A DNA stretch of 39,325 nucleotides from Hyphochytrium catenoides (Eukaryota > Protista > Hyphochytriomycota), in contig FLMG01002842.1 in assembly GCA_900088475.1 (NCBI GenBank), positions 1-39,325 of the forward strand, read 5' to 3'. Each line of letters opens with the position of its first letter. Positions within the stretch are counted from its first letter, which is position 1. A program made the translations under genes and the position numbers. Under the pieces are notes generated by a model. The model ran no database searches. It was not told the origin of the DNA and saw only the letters and a program-made list of their open reading frames with translations. Shown piece by piece: positions 12,477-23,123 of the stretch.

Positions 12477-15400
12477 CTAGGTTGCTAACACTTCAGCTTC
12501 TTCAGGTCTTGTTACTGAAGCCAATTCCTTGCCCAGGTAGCCTTCAGCCATGGCCTCCATCTGGTTATCGTCAAGCTGGGCTCTACCTGTCTTGCCTTCA
12601 TGCTCTGCCGGCCCCTCCTTCTCTGGCCCTGGAACTGCCCTTATTGTGAGCTTGTCATTCTCTATTTCTCTCTCTTCCGGACCTTCCAGAATGCTTCTTC
12701 GAATGAGATTGAGTGACAGGGAAGAACCTTGCGTCATGGACGACCGGGAAGAACTCTTTCGTCGGCCAGCGTTGGCGGAATAGAGAGAGGAGAACGAGAG
12801 AGCTCTGCTTTTGGTCTCTCCCAAGCTCAGGAAAGGAGAGGATGAAGAGATTGAAGACCGCGAAGAAGAGGGACAAGCCTCTTCTTCTTGCGCTTGCTGT
12901 TGGACATAATCCATAAGGCTCTGGAAGGAGGAAGAGAACCCAACACCCTCGGCAAAGTGGAAGAGCTGGGAGCGGCTCAAGGTGTAAAGCTTTCCGGCAT
13001 CTAACTTAGGGTTGGAGAGGATGATTGGCACGAGCTTCTTGCCCTTATCCTCTGCAAAAGCGAGTTGGTCGTTGACTAGGACAGTGCGGGATGATTCTCT
13101 TGAGAGGATGACGATGAACAGTGTGCAGCTGAGGATATTGTCCTAAACAGGATCAGAACGAGAAAGAGAGAACCAGACATTAGGGCCAACCCTCCAATCG
13201 TATTAGGTAGCATGAGGTCATTGGCTAGGTACGGGCGGCTCGGACGAGGAGACATGTAAGGGATGAAAGTAAGTGTTGAGGAGAGATCATTGTAGTCAAT
13301 GGAAGAACGAGAGAGAGAATAAGACACAGACGTCGCTAGGTGGGAAAGAGTGTGCGAACCTTAGCAGCAACGATCCTCTCTTTCATGTCCGCTGTGGCGC
13401 TTCCCGAGTCAATGGTGCACAAGCAACCCTGCCGTCTGAACTCTTTCTGGAGCTGTCGAGCGAACTCTGGATGACAGTCTCCATGAGAGATGAAGATTGA
13501 AAGAGAACTGGGGACCGGAGACCCTGGACAGAAGACAGAGGATAGAATGAGAGTTGAGCTGGCAATGATTGAACTCTAACACTCCTCATTCTTAAAGCGC
13601 GTCTTCACGCTCTTCTCTGTCCCACTTCAGTGCTCTCATCCCTCCCTTGTCCTGTTCCCTTGCCCTCCCTTTCCTTCCTTGCTCACCTCCAGAAAGTAAC
13701 GTCATGTCCCCAGTGCCACAGGAAGAGATGCTACTTCGTCGTCGTACTCGGGGTTCTTCTATCTCGGATGATGCGTCGTCCTCCCAAAACTCCAGCCTGT
13801 GCTTCTCTATCTCATCTCTGAGACCATCCAGAAGAAGACAGAGACGATGGGCATACTCTTCCTCATCAATTGCCATTGCGCTGACTTTGTCCCCTCCTTC
13901 TTTCTCTCGATCTTTTGATGGAGGAGGAGATAAGAAGCAGGAGTCAAAGTGCACGATCTGTCGAGTGTAAAGATAGACTTGCAGCTCGTCATCTATGGTC
14001 ATCTTCTCTATAAGAGATGCAACGACCGGGACCCCTTCCTGTTTAGCGAAGGCCAGTTCTTTCATGCACCACTCGCTCTTTGCGTAGTCCTTACTGAGGA
14101 TACAGAGGACCACGGACGCGTTCTGGATGCCCCTGGCAATCTCCTCTCTCCAAACAGCTCCAGCTCCTGCGAGATAATGGAGATGAAGTACCCGGAAGTT
14201 AGACGTGAGGGACGGAAGGCCTCCCATCTGTGTGTTTCTGTCTGTCTGTCTGTCTGTCTCTCTTTCTGAATAAGCCAACCTTCTCAACCGTCTGGCTTAG
14301 TATCTCTCACCTATGCCAGAAGGGTCCATACTATCCATCCAGGTTGTTATGTTGTTATCTTCTAGGCTCTTGCGAACCTAGCACAGCTCCGTTAGCAATA
14401 TACCCAGATAGATAATGGCAGAATAAGCTTTTCCTTTGCCCTAAAAGCTGAGCGGGCCTTGCTACTCATGAGAGCAGCGAAAAGAAGACGATCTGCAGAC
14501 ACGGAAAGCTGTATACCAGCAACCACGGAATGCAAGAGATGGAGAGAGGAAGCAAAAAGATAGCGTCGTACCTTTAACGCAAACTCTCTTTGTGAATGAG
14601 CGTAGCTAATCATAACGTCCCTCGCTCCTGCCTCCTTCTTCACGGCGAACTGGAGCTCAGTGCTCGTCGTGCAGTCGATGGGGCGCTTGCCTTCTTTGTT
14701 TGTTCGCATCAGATCTCCGCCTGCGAGAGGAGAGCAGGATATGACAACCGGAAGAAAGCCATTGAGGGGCCAGGACGACAGCCCCAAAGAGAAAGTTCAC
14801 AGTCATATATGGGCATGGCCCATAACAAAGCCGAAAAGCTTAAGGAAGAAACAAGGAGAAAGGTTGAGACCGAGGAAGGGATATGTACTAGCAGAACACT
14901 GAGCCGCTACGAGGAATGACGTGAAGTACCAACTTGGCAAGCTCTTCCTCTTGTCAAGAAAGAGACAGCGCAATGCTATTCCTACCATATTTGATGAACG
15001 AGAGAGCGGTGGATCTGTTCTCCAATTTGAGTGCGATGTGCAACGCTGTATCTCCACTCTCCTCTATTGTGGCGTGAATGTCAGCCCCGCTTGCCAGCAA
15101 CTGAGACACAACGGCCGGAAAGATGTCATCAACCTGCAGAGAGAGCCCGAAAACGCAAAAGCACAACAATGGGAAAGGGAAGAATATTAACAAATTAGCC
15201 GGGAACAGAGACGGAGGAGAGAGAGAGCGGAAAGAGAGAGAGAAAGGGCGACAGAAGACGGGGAGAAAACAGAGAACGAGAAAGAGAGGAGAAGGGTGTG
15301 ATGAGGAACCTCAAAAGGGCTTGAGATAGAGAGAGAAGATGATGGAGACAGACAATGGGGGAGGGGAGGAAGACTAACTGCTAGACAGAGAGAGAGGACG

Positions 15401-18400
15401 GACCTCTGCGGCAAGAAGAAGAGGTGTGCGGCCTTGATTGTCTCTGATGTTGGGATTGGCGCCAGCACTGAGGAGAAGATCCATAGCTGAGGCGTGACTA
15501 TGACGGGATGCCCTGTAGACGAAGCGAGACCGACAAGCAAGCAAGCGAGAGAGAGAGTTGGAGGCATAGAGAAAAAAGAGGGAAAAGCGAATGAGTGAGT
15601 GAGAGGGCTGTTTAAGAAGTATAAGAATCTATGAAAGAAAAAGCAGAAAGCAGAGACCCCGACAGAGAGAGATGCTAGAAAACTAAGGAGATCCGAAGAG
15701 CAACGCGGGACATCTAGAGAGGCACACATAGAGAGTAAGAGAAACACAAGGAAGATAGCCAGCACTCAAGAACGTAGGCAGACATGGACATGTGTAGGCA
15801 GTGCATGTCTACCAGTGAAGTGGTGTCTTTCCAAAGACATCCCTCGCGTTGACATCCGCCCCTGCTTTGATAAGAGTCTCTATAGCATCCAGAGCACCCA
15901 CTATGGCAGCCCAATGAAGAGGAGTACGAAGAGAAGCAGCAGGGAACTGGTCTCCCAGAGTGTCGGGGGAGAGACCGAAAGAGAGAATTCTCTCTATTCT
16001 TTTCTTATCATTCTCTGCTGCAGCTGTGTGCAAGGGTGAGAGAGCTACATCTCCTCCCCACTCTTCCAGCATGCGGTAGAGGGCCTTCTGCTCTCGAAGA
16101 TATGCTCTCTGGAGCACTGTGAGGCGCATGTACGAGCCAGCGCGAGGGATGTAAAGAAGGTTCGCACCGTGACACAGGAGGACCTATAGAAGAGCCAGAG
16201 AAGCAGAGATATTTGAGCCGAGTAGAGAAAAAGGAGGAGAGGCCAGGAGGTGCAAACAAGACGAAATTCAGCAGAGAGAGAGGGAGAAGCAAAGGAGAGG
16301 ACCGTAAGAATGAGTTTATCTCCGCCTCCATCATGACGAGTCAGCAGACTAAGAAGTAGCTGAAATGGGGATGGAAAGGAGTAGAGAAGGAAGAAACACT
16401 GAAGAAAGAGCGAAAAGTAGTCTCTAACTCTGTTGAAGGGGAGAGATGGACAGTCTTGGACAAGCAAACGCTGTTGGGAGGGAGAAAGGCAGAGTGGCTC
16501 TTACCTTGAGGACCTGTACGTTGTCTACCCAGTAGAGGGGAGGGACACAGCTCTCAGCTGTTATTCCCTTGGAGAGAATGTTAACATCTGCCTGGTGGTC
16601 GATTAGCCACTTTACGGCAGCGACTTGACCGTTGGCCGCCGCTACATGCAAAGCGCTGAGGTAGAGCAGAGAAAGTGAGCACAACCACTCGCTAATGGAC
16701 CAAGAGAGAGAAAGAGGACCATGAGCGTTGAAGAACTTTTAAGGCAATAGGACGGGGCCATGGAACGAGAGACCAAGATATCATTATCTCTGTTCTTAGG
16801 ATTTACCTTGCCAGGACATCGCTCTGACAGATTTCTGCTGATCCATGGTATCTGATGGCTTTGGAGCGAGTCCAGCCAAAGAAGAAGAGATAATGGATGC
16901 ACCAGATATAGAAGTTCCGCAGACTTAAGCCGCTGGCAATAGAGGGAGCGAGCGAGATAGGAAGAAACGGGGAACAGAAGGTGAGAAGGGTGAGGAAGAG
17001 AGAAAGCTTAGCACGCAATGCCGTCATACTGTCATTCTGCTGTGCTTCTCTATCTGATCTTACCTTCCCACGACCTCCTTGACGCTTTCTTTGTAATCAC
17101 CTCTCTCTCTCTCCCTCTGTTTCGCTCTTCCCACCTCTGCTCTCCCTTACTCCCTCCTTTTTTCTTCTCTTTTTCAAGCTTTGGGGTTCTTGTCTTCTTC
17201 TTCCTGGCCCCATCTTCTCATTGAACCATTGTTATCAACCGTCAAGCAAGATCCTCTCCTCTCCCCTCACCTGTGCTCCGCCCTGTCTAGCATGTTGACC
17301 TCAAAACCATGCTGCAGAAGGGTCGCCATCACCTCCACGTGTCCATAGGCCGCGGCAGCGTGCAGAGGGTTCAAGTTACTGATCCCAAGGTAACCCCAAA
17401 GAGAAGGAGGAGAGCGGTACATCCGTACAATAAAGTCTGCTCCAAACTCCTTTCTACATAGTTTGAAAGAGACGGAGAAGTCAGAGAGTAAGAGAGGCAA
17501 AAAAGCCCAAAGGGAGAGAGGAAGAGAGGAAAGAGACAGAGGGCAGAAGGGAAGGCGAGCAAAGTTTTAAGGAGACAGAGAGACGGAAGTGTCTGCACAA
17601 GAGAGGGGCCAGGTGTAAACGTTGGGAACGCGAGACATATAGCAGATGAAAGGAAACTGACTGATAATCCAGGATCACTGCCAGCAACAGGCGCGAGTGA
17701 GAGTAGTGAGAGAGAATGAACCCGGAGGAGCAGAATGAGAGAGATTGAAACAAGGAGAAACGAGAGGGAGCTAGAGAAGAGAGGGTGACACAAGGGATAG
17801 GGAGAAATGGAGGAGAAAAGCCCGAGGTTGAGAAAGGCAAAGAGAAAGGGCAAAGAGAAAGGGAGAGAGAGGGAGGGAAAGAGAAAAACGAGAATTGCTG
17901 AGTACGACCTTCCGCGTTCTACCAGCTTTGTAACCTCCTCTCCCTGCCCCAAGCTGGCAGCATCCACCAATTTTCTCCTAAACTCTTTCTTAGCCTGATA
18001 GCGCTGTAAAAAGCAGCTCCAGCGAGAAAGACAGACTGGAAACTTGGAGCTGAGCAAATAAAATTAAGAAAAGAGAAGGAAAGAGATGGACATTAGAGAA
18101 GGCTTCCTAGTCATCGTGAAGAGAGAGAGAGACAAGTGAGAAAGACAGAAAAGACAATAGCAAAGGGGAAGGGGCCATGAAGGCATCCCACACCGTTAAC
18201 ACTCAGTTCTAGGAAGTAGAAGAGAAGGAGGCGCAGACTCGTATCGCCAGAGAGTTGGAAGGGGATCTCGCCACGGTGGAAGAGAAGTCAACAGTCTAAG
18301 AAACACTACACTCGGCAGAGAAGGAAGTGAGAAGCTAGATTAGAGTTCTTTTATTCTCTCTGGCTCACCGGACGCCACTCTCGGCGACTTTGAAGCCAAA

Positions 18401-20403
18401 CGTGCAATAGTGAAGCTCCAGATGGTGTCTATAAAGGTTGAAGAGGTTGATCTGCTTCCATGCCAAGCAATAGATTATAACGTTGATGAGCTGCACGCTG
18501 AGCTCCAGGTAGGCGCCAGTGTTGAAGCAAGTTGCAAGGCCATAGTTCATAAACGGCCCAGCCACGGCAGTGACCGTCCAGAAGACGATGAAGATGATCT
18601 CTCCAATGACAAATATCTCGCAGGTCTACAAGGAGCGAAAGGGGAAACATCAGTTGAGGCGACACAGATGCCAAGGCAGCGAGAGACAAAGTGGACTATC
18701 AGAGAGACTTTGTAGAAAGAGTCAAAGAAGAGGATGTGAAAGGATGAGCAAAGAATAACGAAAAGAGTAGAACGCAGAGAGAAGAAAAATAAATAAGACG
18801 AGAAAGAGACACAAGGCAAGAGGAAGGAGGATTTGCCGTTTATCAACCACATGGCGTACTGGAGTTTTCAACGAAGTGAGAGGGAGGAGGTGGCAAGAAG
18901 AGAGAGCATTAGGATAGAGATTGAAGTGCCAAACGGGTGAGAATCCCGGGTCCAGTGCTCTCTCTCTCTCTCTCTCTCTCTGTGTATGTCTCTCTCTCTC
19001 TCTCTGTGTGTATGTCTCTCTCTCTCTTTCTCTTTTTCTCTCTCTAATTCACTCTCTCACCTCCAAGAATGTCGTCCGAATCAACCTCCTGGAGGTCCAA
19101 TCAACAGAGAATAGGCCAAAGATAGGCGGTCCAATGGCCGCTAAGCCCAGCACTATATTGGGTGCCAAGAAATAGTTGAAGAGGAGCCACAGGTTGATGG
19201 TCGCGGCACATCCTGTGTCTAGAAGCTTCGCTCTGTATTGAGAGGACTGCTGCTGGATGAGAGAGACAGCTAGCAGGTTAAGAGAGGAGAGAAACGCGGT
19301 TGAGAGGAGCAGACGCTTGGCGAAGAAAGAGTTGCCAATTCCCTTCCTCAAACCCCTGAAAGGAAACGAGAGAGGAAGAGAGGACGCCCTTGTGTCTCCA
19401 TGTCTCGTGTCTCCCTCCTGTGCTGCAGCTTGGCTGCGAGGCTCCTCTGCAGGTGCAAGACCGCATTCTGGATCCACTTCCTCACAGGCAGGTAGGGTTC
19501 CTATTGTTCCTGACCTAGTAAACCAATAACAGGACAGAAAGGAAGGAGAGAACAACAGCAAGAGATAGGAAGAATGAAGGAAGTTAGGGCAATAGATAAG
19601 CTTCGGATGAGAGAGAGAGAGAGAAGGAGGACTTGACCAAGGAGAAGGAAAGACAGAGAGAGTGTGAGAGGATTATTAACGACAGAGGAGAAGATGGAAA
19701 GAGGAAAGTAAGAAAGCAACAGAGAGGGAGCGCGGACCTGGTATCTGCGGTTGGCTGTTGGCCTCTCCTTAGAAGGAAGCTTTCTCCAAAGAAACTTTGC
19801 TTCTGCCTCCATCCTTTCTTTCTCTCTTTGACGGAAGGAAGAGGAGATAGAGGACCAGCTTCTCGATGTCTAGGGGATGTTAAGGAGGGAAGAACGGCCC
19901 GCTTTTCTTTCTCTCGCCCTGAACTAATCTTTCCTGCAGCCTAGCGGTCCAGACAGAAGGAAGAGAGTCCATGTCGTCAGAGAGGGTTAGGGTATATAAA
20001 GGTCTCAGATAAGAGAGAGAGAGAGAGACAGATGCACACAGAAAGAGCGAGAGAGTCTGTTCGAGTGGAACGGTTAACAAGGAACAAGAGAAGAACACCA
20101 GGCACGCCTTTTCTCCTACGTACCTCCGTGTAGCATTTAGCAGTGAGCTTTGCCCTTGCAGCGGTCTCAGTAGAGAGAGAAACACGAGGCGGGGTGGGAC
20201 GAGGGAGGGGTGGATGCCTTTCTTCTCTTCCTCCGATAGGACCTCCAGATTGTGACTTTGGACTTAGCTGAGATCGCAGTCTTTCCAGCAGAGGGTCAGG
20301 GAGAGGTAAGCTGTCCGTCTTCGCGCTGCTCTTTGTCCTAGAAAAGGATATAAGACCAGACGAACAAAGAGCAGAGAGAGAAAGAGAGTGAGTGAGTGAT
20401 TGA

Positions 20404-20457
<54 letters not shown>

Positions 20458-21751
20458 AGAATGTAGACAGAAAGAAATGAGAATGGCGGCCCGGAGGGCA
20501 CATTCTGCTATTTGTCAAGATTCAGTTGGGATTTATTGGGGACATTAGAAGGTACTGAGAGAGAGAGAGAGAGTGCTTGAAGAGTGAGGTCATAGAGATT
20601 GAGAAGAGACGATGAAAAAGGCATTCAGAACCAGATTTTGTTTAAACGGAGAGAGAGAGAGAGGGAGAGAATAAGAAGAATGCGAAGTTTAAGGAGACAA
20701 GAAAATAAAGGACTTAGAAAGGCATTTTGTCTTATAGTCTTTGGTAGACAAAGGCTGAGAAGATGGAGTGAGGAGATGGAAACGGCGAAGAGAGAAACAG
20801 AAAGGCATCTAGCCATAGAAACTGCTATAGGCAGAGAGAGAGAACAGATGGAATGAGGACAAGAGCGGCAAATGAATTTAATTATAGAGAAATGGACAGA
20901 AAGTGAGATAGAGATCAACATAGAGGGACAGACAGAGAGGACAAAATGCTGTTGAGAGAGAAGAGACACCATGGGCAAGGAGAAGGAAAAAGCAGGCCGA
21001 CAGAGAATTGGCGCCATCAGGAGCGTGCGATAGAAGTGAAGCTTGAACGGTCTTACCCTGGGCCAGCAGTAATGGAAGGCGCAGCGTTCACCCGCTTACT
21101 CTCGTGCTCTTCCTGCTTACTTCTTTCTTCAGCCCGTGTTCCCCGCCCATTCTCCTCTTTGACTCTCAGTTTAATGGGGATCAGCTGCGGTACTGTGGGG
21201 CTAAGAGGAGGCTCAGAAGAAGCGATGGGAGAGAGAACAGAAGAGGAAGAGAGATGAGACGGAGAAACTACTGAATGAGGAGGAGGAAGCCCCCAGATAG
21301 TTGAAAGTGCAGAGGGAGGAGAAGAGAGAGAGAGGGGAGAAACATGAGGCCTAGCCTCATTCCTCTGGTTATCTTCGAGCGTCCTCTCCGCAGGGCTGAG
21401 AGGGCTCAGATTGAGAAAGGGAGACAGAGGTGAGGACACAACCGCCCCTTGCTCATCCTGTCTCTCACTCTGCCTGGCCATAGCACCTTCCCGGTCCTCT
21501 ACTCCTAAAGGGAAGGAGAACGGATTCGCAGAGAGAGAGGCAGCGGACTCACTCCATCTGCGGTAAGAAGTAGCATTGACTTCCTCCTCTCCTTCTCCTT
21601 CTCTCTGATGCCTTCTCTCTCGCTTTCTCCCTTCTCTCTCCTCTTCATCATGCAGCAGTCGATGACAGAAGGCGCCTGTCCGCGCTCTATCTCCGCTACT
21701 TCGAGGATGGGGTGCGCTCTTTATCAGTTGAGAGCGTATCTTCTTCGTCAT
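12477..21751 (-). CDS. Transmembrane ankyrin-repeat protein with two C-terminal TIR domains (about 4TM-ANK-TIR-TIR), about 17 exons
   Basis: Manual GT-AG splicing gives one continuous frame. Exons include 21751-21057, 20337-20124, 19940-19738, 19514-19061 and 18625-18369 (the last two hold the hydrophobic helices), 18049-17909, 17453-17271 ([14 protein letters not shown]), ANK exons at ~16930-14985 ([59 protein letters not shown]), TIR1 exons at ~14720-13687, TIR2 exons 13523-13360 and 13142-12477 (TAG stop). The 5' exons are the least certain. Confidence 0.85.
12900..13500 (-). other. TIR domain 2, degenerate (Gln at the catalytic Glu position)
   Basis: [88 protein letters not shown]. Most of it is read in a frame missing from the ORF track. 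The Gln codon is at 13065-13067. Confidence 0.8.
13940..14620 (-). other. TIR domain 1 (TIR_2-like), catalytic Glu present
   Basis: [79 protein letters not shown]; the Glu codon is at 14057-14059. Confidence 0.9.
18958..19045. repeat. Compound (CT)n microsatellite at the 5' end of an intron of the ANK-TIR gene
   Basis: Seen directly; it reads (GA)n on the sense strand just after the donor at 19060. Confidence 0.9.
20404..20456. repeat. (GT)n(GA)n compound microsatellite
   Basis: Seen directly in the sequence. Confidence 0.95.
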
Positions 21752-22143
21752 TCTCTTCTCATAGTCTCTCCTTCTCTCCTCCTTCCAGGCTTTCTCTTCC
21801 TGGAAGCTCTCCTACGTCTACAAAGGCGATGGCCAAATCAAGCTATGTTGCTTGCCTCTCTGCCGCTCTTTTTCTCTATCTGCAGTTTAGCGAGCATGCT
21901 CCTTGATTTTTGTCTGGCTCAGTCACTCTTTCTTCTCTGTTTTGGGCTTGAGATCGAGGAGAAGAGGTTGCAAAGAGACAAAAGCTATGAGAATAAGAAG
22001 TGAGTTGAATCGTATGGTAAGCAGGTACAAGAGAGAGAAAGAGAGAGAGAGAGTTAGGAGGGAGAGCCGTGGGCTGATCCTCTGGATTCGATAGGCCCAA
22101 CTCTTCCTGTGCGGTGCCTTACACCTATCCCTGTGCCTTCTAC

Positions 22144-22170
22144 CTCTCTCTCTCTTTTGCTCTCTCTCTT

Positions 22171-22223
<53 letters not shown>

Positions 22224-22441
22224 TTTCTATCCTTCCTTATCTACCCCCACAAGTTGGCTTTTCAGTTGATGTTGCCCAGGAAGAGGGAAGGGCGTGGAGC
22301 GGGAGAGAACGGCCATTGGAAAGTCGATTACGTTGAAACTCTACAGGTCACAGTCCGCGGAAAGTGTGCAAAAGGACCGGAAACAAGAGAAACGATTGAC
22401 ATCGGACCAGGGAGAGCAAGTGCAGTTCCAAAGAGGATAAG

Positions 22442-22483
<42 letters not shown>
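22144..22483. repeat. (CT)n tract at 22144-22222 and (GA)n tract at 22446-22483 (complementary pair)
   Basis: Seen directly; followed by a 2-nt N gap. Confidence 0.9.
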
Positions 22484-23123
22484 NNAGTGATGTAATGCTT
22501 CCACCTTCTTGCCTTTTTATGTCCTTAGACAATGTAACGGACCGTGAAACCTTCATTCTTGTAAAGAAACAACGTTAATTTCAATTTCTATAGATCGTAA
22601 GTAAGGAGAGCTTTCATAGTTTCAGAAAGAGGGAAGCTTTCGTTTGCTACCTTGTGCCTCTCTGGTCTGTGAGCCATCCTGCAGCTCCAGGGCTGCGCTC
22701 TGTCTGTCTCTCCCCCTCTCTTTTCTCTCTCTCTCCCTCTTGTTGTTCCTTCCTCCATCGCTGGTCCAGCCTTTCGCTCTTTCCTTACCAACGATGGCTC
22801 CAATCGTTCCCACTCTGATGTACTTTCCTCAGATTTCTGACTATAACGCTCCTCCTCTGCTGCTGCTGCAGCCTGTGCACTTACAGCAGATGGATGATCG
22901 CTGGGTGGTTGAGTTAAGAAGACGGAGGGATGACGAGTACGGCAGACGAGCCATAGAGGATGACCAGAGCCCAAGATTTGGCAATTTGAGAAGAGGGCGC
23001 AAGGAAGATGGCGGTAAATGAAGAGGACAGGACCATCAGAGAAGAGAACAGGACAACCCTATCTATGGTTGAGGGTGGAACAAAGTCATTGATTAGTTGT
23101 TCTTATTTCTGGCTATCGCGCTC

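Noticed and set aside
15123-22556. Many Leu/Ser/Phe-rich or Arg/Glu-rich ORFs that look like membrane or charged proteins
   Set aside because: They are translations of CT/GA microsatellite introns; the real exons are accounted for by the ANK-TIR model.
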